From Setoptus koraiensis (Eukaryota > Animalia > Arthropoda): 64,000 nucleotides of DNA. The position numbers and the translations under genes were made by a program. The notes below the pieces were generated by a model, which worked only from the letters and a program-made list of their open reading frames with translations, did no database searches and was not told the origin of the DNA. Positions 49,301 through 61,669 of this stretch are shown piece after piece. Each line of letters opens with the position of its first letter. Positions within the stretch are counted from its first letter, which is position 1. The stretch is taken from positions 14,012,001 through 14,076,000 of the forward strand of contig CM106586.1 of assembly GCA_048013815.1 (NCBI GenBank), in the 5' to 3' direction.

Positions 49301-49914
49301 CGGGGGCTACACGGCTCACTGTGGCAGCCATTGAAACGCTAGCTGCAACAGGGAGAGCGAGCCAGCTACAACAAAGTGGCAACGACAAGGTAATTACTAT
49401 TCAGCGTCACTACATTATTGCCGCCATCGATCTCTGTCGCCCGATTGCAGCTTGCAATTCGCCTTGCCGGCTAGATGCAGCGACACAAGCGAACGACATG
49501 GGCATTGCCAGCAGCGGCGCCACTCGCAACAGCGACAGCAACAACGACGGCAACAACGACGCCAGCAACAACGGCAGCAACAACGACAGCAACAACGACG
49601 CCAGCGCCAACAGCGCCAACAACAACAACGGCAACAACGACAACAACGACAGCAGCGCAACAACGACAGCAGCGCAACAACGACAGCAGCGCAACAACAG
49701 CGGCGACGGCAACAACGCCAAAAGCGCCAAGGTCAACCTGACAACCGCTGGCCGGTCGACGGGCGACAGGTGCTGCGCACAGGCGAGGGCAGCGAGCCGG
49801 CGACACAGCGCCAAGACGGGCGCTGCGCAAGTGGCGCCGAAACGGGCGCGCAAGCCGGTGCGTCGGGCCGCACGGGAGCGCCGATTTGCGCGCCCGTTTC
49901 GCCGGGCCCGGCCA

Positions 49915-50030
49915 GCCGGCTCTCGGCTCGCTATTCGGCTCGCCGGCTCTCGGCTCGCTATTCGGCTCGCCGGCTCTCGGCTCGCTATTCGGCTTGCCGA
50001 CTCTCGGCTCGCTATTGCGCTTGCCGGCTC
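49915..50030. repeat. 27-bp tandem repeat, about 4.3 copies
   Basis: Unit GCCGGCTCTCGGCTCGCTATTCGGCTC. Confidence 0.93.
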
Positions 50031-50197
50031 GCTTGCGAGAGGCGGCTCCGCGCGCGCGCAAGTCGCAACTGAGCGAGTCGGAGCTGGATAAACTTATCCA
50101 GCCCGGCGACCTTGAGCCCGGCTCGCAGGATACGCTGACAGGCGCTCGGCGAGCTTGCCAGCCGCCCGTCAGTCGGCCAGAGATGGCGCGAGTTGCC

Positions 50198-50229
<32 letters not shown>

Positions 50230-50468
50230 GTTCGTGCGTTTAGCGTGGCAGCCACTTATTAGCTTGTCAGCGGCGAGCGGCGAGACAGCGGCGCCCAGCC
50301 GACGCAACGAGCCGACGGGTAACAAGCCCGCTTTCGCGATAACAAGTGGCACGGAAATAACCTGTTGTTAAGTGAGCTGTTTGTTTGGCAGTTTATTCTC
50401 GTTGTCGTTGGCTCGCTCGCCGTCGACTGGCAGCCGGCCCTTGCCTCCGCCAGCAACACCGACAATGT

Positions 50469-50585
50469 CGACAACAGCGACAGCAGCGACAACAGCGACA
50501 ACAGCGACAACAGCGACAGCAGCGACAACAGCGACAGCAGCGACAGCAGCGGCAACAACAGCGACAGCGGCAACAACGGCAACAA
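50469..50585. repeat. 9-bp tandem repeat (GACARCAGC)
   Basis: Repeating CGACAACAG/CGACAGCAG units. Confidence 0.9.
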
Positions 50586-51089
50586 TTCAGTTTGCGGCCA
50601 CACAATGGGCCCGTTTGTCGCCACAGTTCGGTTGACTTGGCGGCCGGCCGGTCTCGCCGGGTCGCATGCGATTCCGTCGAATTCGTTCGAACGAGCCGAC
50701 ACAATGCGCGCGGCCCGGCCGATCAGGCGACGTTTGTCTCGGGCCGCGATTGGCTGGCTTGTCGGTCGGCTCGTCGGGCGGCTCGTCGGGCGGCTTGTCG
50801 CAATTGTCGGCCCGCGAACAGTGTACGCGCATTGTACGCGAATCGCACGCGAATTAGCGAAACGCGCAAACGGCATTACGCATTATGGGATAAGTGCGCG
50901 CGATAAAACTAATCGCGCGCACTCAATGATTGATATGCCGGCCCGCCATCGGCTCTCCGTCTCGGCTGCCAGCCGCACTCACTCAGACAGTCAGTCAGAC
51001 AGTCAGTGCCAGACTGGCGAGCCGCCGACTGGCTGGCGAGCCAGCGAAATTGGACAAATTGCAGACAGTGGATACAGTGGATAAATTGG

Positions 51090-51143
51090 AAAAATTGCAA
51101 AAATTGCAAAAATTACAAAAATTACAAAAATTACAAAAATTGC
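51090..51143. repeat. 9-bp tandem repeat, 6 copies
   Basis: Unit AAAAATTRC. Confidence 0.93.
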
Positions 51144-54123
51144 GCCTCGACAGAGAGCGAGCTGCCACGACAAACTTGTCGGCTGCAAGCTGGCAAGCTC
51201 GCTTGCCGATACACATGTTATTATCTTGATATTCGGTCGGCCAGGCAACGAGTCGCGTATCGAGATAATGACACGCCACTGCAATCTCATTGTCAGTGCC
51301 AGCAATCATTTATATCATGTTTCGCCAGTCGGCTAGCGGGCGTTGTCTCAACTTGGTCGTTTCGGCTCGCCACAGCCAGGCCCACTGACAAAGCGGTTGC
51401 GTCATAAGAATAAAAGTTTCACATTTCGAGCTTTACACTTTCGGTCGATCGCCAGCAATGGTGGCGCCAATGTCGCTTGGCGGGCCCATGCAGCATGACG
51501 GCGACAATCGGTTCGTCCTGGCCGCCGATGTGAATGTATGTTCGATATGTTTTTTTGCGATATTTTTCGATTGTTTTTTGGATATTTTTGGACTGTTTTT
51601 TGGATATTTTTGGACGCGTTTCTGGATTTGGCGGCCGGCCCTTGCATGTCGGTGTGTCGCAGCGGTCGGGCCGACAATTACGAGCGATCGAGACTGTGCC
51701 CGAACGGCACGGCTCGCCGGCGGCCGGCGGCCATTGTTCGCCCGACAGAAGGCCGGCCAATTTCGTTCAATATCCAGTTTATTCAATGCTCGACACTCAA
51801 TATTCACTATTCATTATTCACTGATCAATATTCAATATTCAGTGTTTAATTTGCGACAGCTCTCTGTGCCGTGTCTATTCACGGGCGCACAAGTGGCTGG
51901 CAAACAATGAGCCCTGTCGTGAGCTCGCTAATTAGCCAATTAATCACCGATGAAAACGATACAAACAATCCCACACCCGACCGAACAATTCCATAAACAC
52001 TTGATGCAATTCATTATCTATTTGCATATATGCTTGTGTCGCATTTGCCGGCAACTCATGGTGAATATTTGAGCGAGCGGGCAAAAGGCAAAAGTATTCA
52101 CCTCGCTCAAATATCCACCAACAAATATTCACCAAAACAAATGTTGTTCGCCCAACAAGCTCGTCATACGGGCCGGCAACTTACTGACACAGTGACTCAC
52201 TGTCAGCGAGCGGCCAACACACGAGCGGCAGGTATTCACGCTCGGATACTGGAATGTGCGCTCAAGTTGAAACGTTATTATGAAAAATTATGAACCAAGT
52301 TTGTTAGTCATTAATTGCATTTTCATCATCATATCGCGCCCGCTCGCGTTGTTGCGTTTTATTGCCGGCATTAGTCAATTGCGGCTGATCGGTGTGTGTG
52401 TGAGTTATCCATATTATCCACGCACAGTTGTTAGCTTTGTTGTTGCGCTGTGCAGTGTTGAAATTGCGTGGGCGTCAGACACAAGCACAGCAACAAGGCA
52501 ACAAACAAACACTGCCAACGAGTGTCGGTGTCGTGCCTGAATCGAATGAAAATCACCGACTGAAATCATAATGAGACTGCCAGAATGAGACTGCCAGAAT
52601 GAGGCAACACGCCAAACGAGCCAACAGCAGCGAGTTATTTCATCTTGATTGCGGGCACTTGGCAAGCTAGGCGCCGCCGTCTGACTAATTAGCAGCCAGC
52701 ATCTGAGTTGCGTGCGAGTGCGTCGTGTCGCGTCGCGTCGCTTGCCAGTTATGTGTTGCAACTCGCGAGGAGATGTTTGTTTGTTTGTTGTCGTTGCTGT
52801 TGTTGTCGTCGCTGTTGGCGTCGTTGTTGTTGTTGTTGTCGCGCTGGGTGTCGCAGCTGATTTGACAGCGCCACTGGCGAGAGTGGCAGCCGCCAACGGA
52901 ACGCCGAGCCGGCGCAAGGTCGACAAAAGCGCAAGACAATCGACGCACTGTCGGCAAGCCGTGCCGCTGTCAACCATCAACCACCTGCTGCTGTTGACGG
53001 CGTTGCGACAATTGTCGTGACAACAAAGTCAACAACAAACTCAACAACAACCTCAACAACAAATCGCGCACCGGCGACACCGCGATGCGAACGCAGCGCA
53101 AGCAATGCTGCGACAAACGCCGCCGACAGCCAGCGAAAGGGTTGCCGTTGTTGTTGTTGTCGCCGTTGTTGTCGTTGCTGTTGTTGTCGTTGCTGTTGTT
53201 GTCGTTGCTGTTGTTGTTGTCGCTGTCACCTGTGCGCGGCGGCGGCGGCCCGAGCGGACACGCGCTCAGCCGACGACAGGGCGACAGCGCCGCCGGGCGA
53301 CAGCGTGACGGCGGGCGGCAACAGGCGCGCCGTTGACAGTTGGATGGGGGCGCCGCGGCCCGACAATTGCGACTATTGCGACTATTGCGACTATTGCGAC
53401 ACACGTCGACGCACGCCGACGGCACAATTGCAGCGATTGGCACAGGTACATAGATACAATTATTAGCGTACTGGCAATAGTAAACCGCTCATTATCGGCA
53501 GTGGCGCATGGCGCGCATAATAAGCGGTTTGTTGTCTCAAGTAATTATTGCAATTGGCAATGCGATTGCGCCACACCGCTCACCCACGTCCGACTGTCAG
53601 ACGGTTGTCAGAGTTGCCAGTCTGACAGTTGCGCACTGGCTAAACTGACACATCGCGCCACTGACTGACAGCGCCGGCTCAACTGACAGATCGGGCCACT
53701 GACTGACTGACTCAATGACTGATTGGCAGGCCCATTGTGACGCCACCGGTAATTGCGGCACAGGCCGTCCGTGTCAGATTTGTTGTGCCGCCCGGCTCGG
53801 TTCTGTGCCGCATTGTTGTCCCGAGCTCGTTACGCCATCGCGACTCGTTGCCGTCGCCTCGTTGCCGTCGACTCGTTACAATCGACTCGTTACTATCGAC
53901 TCGTTACTATCGACTCGTTAGCGTATCGGATATCCGCGCAAATATCCATCACGGCCGCTAATGAGTCACGCTCATTAGCGGCCGCCGCTAACCGTGCGCC
54001 TGTGCGCGACACTTACCCGCACCGGGTCACAGCGGCCGCCGACAGTTGGCCGCTCGCTTGGCGAATGTCGCCACCGAGTTGCTCACGGCCGCGCGACTCG
54101 GGCGCCCCCACCGGTGGGTGCTC

Positions 54124-54204
54124 GCGCTCGCAAACCAACTGCGCTCGCAAACGGCGCTCGCAAACCGACTGCGCGCGCAAACGGCGCTCGCAAACCGACT
54201 GCGC
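54124..54204. repeat. 30-bp tandem repeat, about 2.7 copies
   Basis: Unit GCGCTCGCAAACCRACTGCGCYCGCAAACG-like, itself built of two related halves. Confidence 0.88.
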
Positions 54205-55188
54205 GGTCCGAATTGCAAGCACACACGGTTGCAGTGTCGCTTCCGGTGCTGATTTGCGACGGGCACATTTTCTCACCGAGCGCCAATGACAACAAATAAT
54301 AATGACAACAAAGGCAGCAACAAGTGCACTCGGCAAATCTCTGAATGCAACTGCGACCATTCGCACACACTGATTGTGCTGACCGCTCGCGCTCGGGCCG
54401 CCGCAAACCGCACCGCCGGACAGGTTGTAGGTCGCGGTGGCACCAATTGCGCAACCGCCCGCCCGCCCGACACTCGACACTCGATGCGCGCGCGCTCTAT
54501 CAATCGAAACAACTTAATCACTTTTCGCACACTCCGCCAATCTCGTCGATATATCATCATTGCACATGGCAAATATATAAATATCTATTGAGTGTGTGTC
54601 GAATTGGTCTGGCGCGCTTCGGCCCAGCCCGAGCTCGCACAAGCCGCTGACCAGTGGGCACCGTCTTTGGCCAGTGCGGCCGCGCTCACCAACTGGGCTA
54701 CGAGGAATTTGTTATTTATTGCCCTTTGGCCGGCCTGCCAACCGGCCGCCTTTCAGCCGCTTGCCATTTATCGGCGTCTCTCCCGTTTTGCGTCTCGCTC
54801 ATTTGAATGCAACTGCCAATTGCGGGCCGGAGCGCGGCCAGCGGCCTGTTCGGCCGACACAACTGACCACTTACGGCACGGCACATTATATAATGTTATA
54901 TAAACTGGCCAGCTCGCCCGACGAGCAAACTTGTTACGTCCTGCGCAACAGCGCTCGTCGGCCAGTTCGGGCGGCATCGGCGCTCGCAAGTCGCTTTACA
55001 GGTATCTGGATCATAGTCGTGCCGTGTCATTCATCTTGCCCAAATTGACTGGGCAGCAGCGAGATCAAATGAGATGATAAATCTCGCAACGGTGCGTGAG
55101 TAACCGACCGCTCGAGCGAAACAAAAACCACTCGACTAGATGGCGCGACGGTGCCGATCGCTTGCCTGCATTAACAGGTTGTTGTTGT

Positions 55189-55229
<41 letters not shown>

Positions 55230-58200
55230 TTGTCGTTGTTGCTGTTGTGTCGTTGGCGGCGCACAGATGGTAACAAGTAGATAAGATAAGATAACGAGTC
55301 GTCCACTTGTTGTTGTTGCCGTTGTTGTTGTTGTTGTTTTATCCATCTCATTCGCATGCAGATGGAGCAGTTATTGAGTTAACACAAAAATTATACATTA
55401 TTATTTTGTATAGTGGCTGGCCGCCAGTGGCGCTGCCATCGGTTTTCCGTCGGCTCGCCATGCCATGATCATGACCACTGGCGCTTATTACGCAATCCAT
55501 TGGTCGTCTCGTCTGCTGACCTGGCTCGCTCTTCGGCCCGCCGGTTGCACCGATAATCGACGACCGATGGTCGGTTAGACGCGGCCAACTATCGGTGCAA
55601 GCGCGCATCTTTGCCGGTTTTATCTTGATAGCATCTCAATGGCATCGCCACCGCGGCTTTGTGTCCCGACAATCGACGCCGCACTGACCGGAAACACGCC
55701 CACGCGCAAGCGGCAGCGTGCGGTTGGCCGGGCGCTCGTTGGTTAATTGCGCTCAAAAGGGCAATACTGTGCAAATTGCTGCTGTCATGTGCTGCCTGTT
55801 ATGCGCGCCTCTTATTACGTAAGTGAATTTATTGTATTGTTTGTGTATTATGTGATTGCATCGTATTGTTTGTGTTTGCGCTCATTATGCTGATGACCGG
55901 TGGCTGGTTCGCTTACAGCGACGACACCGTGCGACCGAGACACAAAGTTGCGCAAGCAGAACAGTCACAAATGTGGATGCTGGTCACAGGCTGATCGGTC
56001 GCTGGCGCCGACAAGCGCAACCGGCAACAACGAGCGACAACCGCAACCGGCAACAACCGACAACAACCGGCAACAACCGGCGACCACCGACAACCACCGA
56101 CAACCGGCGACCACCGACAACCACCGACAACAACCGGCAACAACGTTTCGAGAGATCGCTGTCGTAGAGTGAGCATGAGATGCAAGACAACACTGGCATC
56201 GTGTTACCGGCTAACTGACTTTACTGGTGGCCATCACCAATTAATCACCGTTGCTTGCCAGCGGTGGGTCGCGCACTCGTCGGCAACCACCGGCGGCAAC
56301 ACCAGCAACCACCGACGGCAACCACAGCAACCACGGCAACCACTAACGGCAACAACAGCGTAACAACGGCCACAACAGGCGAGAGAATTAACGAGCGAAA
56401 CGGCGATTAAGCACACAAATAGAATAACACAAATAAAAGAATCAATCGCTGGCGCTTATTTGTTTAACTACCTGTTGTCGTTGTTGCCGCTGTTGTTGTT
56501 GTTGTTGCCGTTGCTGCCGGTGTCGTTGTTGGCGGCTGTTGGCGGTTGTTGGCGGCTGTTGCCGGTTGTTGGCGGTTGCGGTGCCGGCCGGAGCGAGTCG
56601 GACGGTTTTATTTTGTTCTGATTTTGTTCCAATTGCCCGATTGGACGCCAGTCGCCGTCCAATCGGGCAAGTTGGTTCGGCAACAACGCCAACAACACAA
56701 TGAGCGCTTGGTGCATTCAAATTTTGACAAGTATCAAACTATCATCATCTCGCTTGTCGAGCCCACTGTGTGATAATGATAGTTTAAGCAGCCAGCGAGC
56801 CAACAATAATAAGCGACGGCTCGCTTGAGAGCGGCCGCAGATCGGACAGGCGGCGGCCGTCGGACGGGGAGCCATCGGAGCCATTAGATGGCGATGGCGT
56901 GTGCTGATGGTCAGTTGATGTTGTTTGTAAGTTATGTTAAGTTGCTGGCCGGTTGCACACACACAATTTGCCGTTGGCAGCAGCTTTAAAAACAATACAA
57001 AACAATTATTATTTAACTAGTGAATGATTGTTTCAATGTTGCCGTTGCCGTCGTTGAATTATTCATGCCTTTTGTTGTCCTTCACGGCGCTCGTTGCGTA
57101 ACCAGCGAGCCAGTGACCAGTTGCATAACTGGCCGCCACCAGCACTACACGACACTGCTGCGGCAACAGCAGCAGCAGCAACAACAACAACAACGACGAC
57201 AGCGGCAACGACGACGACCCAGTAGGCAAGTCGTTGCGCAACAACTTGCCTACTCGCACACACACTCACTAGCGAGAGTCGCGGGCAAGTTGCCGGCGAG
57301 GCCCGACCGACCGACCGACTAAACAACCGGCAGCGCGGACAGCGCCTCGCGGGCCGCGCCGGCGACGCACATTAAACGTCACTGCGACTCAAACTCGCCA
57401 ATAATGCGAGGCACGCTGATGCCGCACACAACAATGGCCGCAACAATGCGCCTCGGCCCGGCCCGTCGGCGTCGGGCTTCGCGTCCTCGTCGGGCGGCTC
57501 GTCGGCGTCCTCGTCGGGCGGCTCGCCGGCGTCGCCCGCTCGGACAGGCGCAATATGATGAACAGCACAGGTCAATTGTGTTTTGGCCGGTTCTAACAGG
57601 CGAGCGCTGTCTCGGCAAGTGCAAATTGTGTGCACTGTTGGCGCACACAATTTGCTAATGCCGCAACACGATGACGCAACACCGACAATTTGCCAGATGA
57701 GACACAACAGTGCAACAGCAACAGCAACAACGACCATGCCAACAGCGCCACAGCGGCGACATGCACACAAACAAGTGCACAACAAGGTTGCCGCGACGGC
57801 CGCCTCGCCGCAGACCATGGAGGTTCCGCTCCAAATCGAAGCCGGCTCGCTCCAGCGCAAGCCGGCTCCATTTCGCCATTCCGTCATTTCGCCATTTCGA
57901 GCTGCTCGCCGGCGAGCGATGCCAGCGACAGCCAGACGAGTCTCGCCGAGCCGGCGAGCGGGACAACGACGCAACGAGAGCGAGCGAGACAGAGATTAGC
58001 ATAAAAAGAAGCGCCATCGGAGCCGGTTGGGCGTTGTTGGCGGCGCGGCCGCGGATGTGTGTGAGCTGGCAACAATTGCGACCGGCCGACGGTCGTCTTC
58101 ATCTTGCGCTTCATGCTCGTTGCGCGCCGGGCCTTGTCGCCCATCCCTGGCCGCCTCTCCCCTCTATCTGCAGACCCATCTCCCTGCCGTCCGCTCGTCC

Positions 58201-58866
58201 CGAACAGATCGCCGGCCCGCGCTGAACCGCTTCTCACGCCTCCCGGGCTTCTCGCGGCCGGGCTCGGGCAAGCGCGGCCGAGGCTCAGCGGAGCAAGTTG
58301 GACTCGTCGGGCGCCCGTCTCAGCTCGCTTGTGGACACAATATTCTGGTCTCGTTGCTTTCGTTGCTGCTCCGCTTTTGTCTATTTCGAACGGACTAGTT
58401 GTGTGTGTCCAATCGACAGTCCACGGCCGAGCCGCTGACACAAACAGCGACGCGGACGGCGACACGGACAACGACACAGACAATGACATGGACAATGACA
58501 TAGACACACATTTGCAATTGCGGCCGTCTCGTCGTCGAGTTAACGGCTGAGCAAATTTTCACTTTTGGCCCCTGTCCGTCCGTTGCCCGTTCTGCCCAAA
58601 TGCCCATTATTCATTTGGGTCGTTTCTCGCTTGCTTTGTGCGCTCTCAAGTTAGTCTCACATTGAATATTGCAACTGCAATATTCAATGGATGGTCTCAC
58701 AACGATATTCAATAGTTATTCAATAGTTATTCAATAGTTATTCAATAGCTATTCAACAGTTTTTCACTAGTTGGCCCGTGAGCTGTGAATGGGCTCAGCG
58801 CTGGCGTGCGTCTACGTACCTGTAATTTATGATTTGCAGTCGCATGATTTGTTGTCGATGTCGTCA

Positions 58867-58956
58867 TCGGCGGTGGTTGTAGTCGGCGGTGGTTGTAGTC
58901 GGCGGTGGTTGTAGTCGGCGGTGGTTGTAGTCGGCGGTGGTTGCAGTCGGCGGTGG
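58867..58956. repeat. 16-bp tandem repeat, about 5.6 copies
   Basis: Unit TCGGCGGTGGTTGTAG. Confidence 0.95.
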
Positions 58957-61612
58957 GTGTTGTCGGTCGTTGTTGTTGTTGTTGGCGGTGGTCGACATGC
59001 CAGGTTGCCGGGTGACCAAGTGACCAAGTGACGATGTATTAACGAGCCGATAATGTCGACAGTCGCAATGGGCCAAACAGGCCAGCCATCGTACAGGGGA
59101 TAGACGGAGATAACGAGAGTTAGTAATGCTAATTAGTCTCGAAATTAGCGCTCGGCAGCGCACAGTGAGCTCGACACTGGAGTGTTTTATGAGCGTTAGT
59201 TGTCGTCGACAGATCGACATGGCAAACAAATGTAAATATTGCAAATATATGACCGCCAGACAGCGCCGTAAATTGCCGGCAACTTGTAATTTGTAACAAA
59301 CTATATAATGAATGTGTATCACAGTTTGTTGCATCATATATACGTTGTGTACCATCGTACTGCTCTAGCCAGCTTGCCAAGACCGTCTCCCCATGGCTGG
59401 CGGCATTATGACGGGACAGTCGGACAGTTTGCGGCCGGCCGGCCGGCACAATAGTTGCGCGAAGCGCCCTCAGATGGCGCGCCGACACGTATATTATGAA
59501 CCGGATCAGCATAGTCGATTGTTTGTGATTCTTCGGTCTGGCCAGCAGTGCCACATTTGTGCAAAACCATTGGCACAGGTGACTTGCCAATGGTTTTGCC
59601 GCTTACATCACCGGAGTTATGACATGACGGAGTTATGAATACATGACATCCAAGCAAACATTAGGCGAGCAAGTGGGCCGAGGGGGCGAGTAATTGAAAG
59701 CGCAAAGTGCGACGACCGCACAGATACCCCCGGCGAGCCAAAACAAACAGTGTGTGTGTGTGTGTGCCGGCCGAACAAGGGGCCCGAAACTATTTATTGA
59801 TGGATTACATCGTGTGCGCCATTGTTTGTGCCGAGCGGGCGCCTTTGGGGCGCCTTTGTGGGCGCTGTGCCAGCCAGTGCGCGGCCAGTGCGCGGCCAGT
59901 GCGCAGCCGGTTCGCGGCCGGTTCGCGGCCGGTTCGCCGGCCAGTTTGCTATTTATAGTGGCTACATTGATGATGGGAGACACACTTAATGAGAGTTCGC
60001 AAAGAACTGGCCGTCGTCTTATTTCGTCGAACGCGTCGCCCGCTGCAGCCGCTGGGCCCGTGGCACGCGTTACGTAAATATTATTACGTAATCTAATTAG
60101 ATAGAGCAGACACAGTAAGAGCGAGCGGCGGCGGCGATTTAATGATTCTCTCTCATGATGACGGTGATAGTGGCGTTGATCATCATTGAATCATTGCATC
60201 ATCATGGCTCAGCGTGCCCGTCATCGTCGTCACCCCTGTCGTGGCGCGCTGCCGGTCGCCATGGCCACCCTGATCGTTGTGCACAGTTGTTGTGCTCAGC
60301 ACAGCACAGCGCGCACAGCTTATCTTGTGCGCGCGAGCTGACCATCATCAATTTTGGAATAATCATCATTGTTGTGTCGCGACTCGCGATTCGCGAGCAA
60401 GAAGCCGAGCGGTCAAGTTCGGCCGGCCGCCGCCGGTGTTGTTGTCGGGCGGCCGGGGTTGTCGCGGCGCGCAGATGGGCGCGCACCGATGAAGCGGATA
60501 GCCGACTAATGACTGGCCAGAGCGCGAGCCAATGGATTTACATTTATTCCACCAACAAACGACTCTCGTTGCTCGCCCGCTTTATCCGCCGGCGCCCCAC
60601 TTGCGGCGCGTCGCAAGTCGCGTAAGTCGCGCAAGTGGGGCGCCCGAGACGGCCCACCGGCGGCGGCCGGCAACGAGCGGCGGCGACGGGCGACCGGCCG
60701 CGACAACGGTAAACATGCGGCCGGGCATGATGATTCAATGATGGCGCTTTTATTCCATTGTCATAATAATAATAAATGGGCATTATATTACTGGTGGTCA
60801 GTGTGCGCGTCACGGACAACGTCATTACCATCGCACGACACACAAACAACTGAAGCGGCGACCGGATCAACTGCGGCCAACCGGCCCGACGGCAACATTA
60901 CATTAACGGCAACAACGACGGCAGCGGCAACGACAACAACGACAGCAACATCGTGAACGGCGACGCGCACTTGATAAGCCGGCGACGATAACGACAACAA
61001 CAACAACAGCAACAACAATAGTATCAAAGAGAGCGACATTTTTTGTGCTCATTATCATGGCCATGAGTCACACCAGCAAACACAACCATTAGGCCCGCTG
61101 TCGGCGATGCGTGGTCGCCGTGGGCGGCGTCGCCCGCTCTCGGGCGGACACGGCGCACCGCGCCGCACGCAAATCGCCGCTCGTCTGTGGCCGCGCAAAT
61201 CTCACCGTCCGGCCGGCCCGACGGTGTGCAGGCCCGGAAGCGGACCGGCGGCGCGTACCTGTGCCGGCGCGCCGAGTGGCCCGACGACAGCCCCAATGCG
61301 CAATATGCATGCTGTATAGCGCTGTGCATTAAATATTGTGTGCCATATATTATGTAATGCGTATTATGCTCGCGGTATCGGCCGGCGTCGACGGTTGGCG
61401 TGGGCGCCCGCTGAGATTGGGCCATTATTGGCGGCCCTTTAATGGTGTGCCGTAGACAAACGCAAGCGGCGCAATCATACAAACCATCAATTATCAATCG
61501 ATTAATTTCGCCAACAATGATGGAAGAGCCAAGACCGCGCTCCTGCGGCCGCCCGATCGGCGTTGCGCGCCCGCTCGGCTTGCGCCCGGCCGACCGGCCG
61601 GGCGAGCGCAAA

Positions 61613-61669
61613 TTTGCGGAGCGGGCACAAGTTTGCGGAGCGGGCACAAGTTTGCGGAGCGGGCGCAAG
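61613..61669. repeat. 19-bp tandem repeat, 3 copies
   Basis: Unit TTTGCGGAGCGGGCACAAG. Confidence 0.92.

Noticed and set aside
49009-50091. 360-aa plus-strand ORF as a gene
   Set aside because: Built from triplet tracts and the 27-bp array, overlapped by equally long ORFs in other frames, and no domain is recognisable.
50365-51084. Secreted Ser-Asp repeat protein with signal-peptide-like start
   Set aside because: The start is TTG, not ATG. The SD repeat is a 9-bp array open in all frames, and there is no supporting exon structure.
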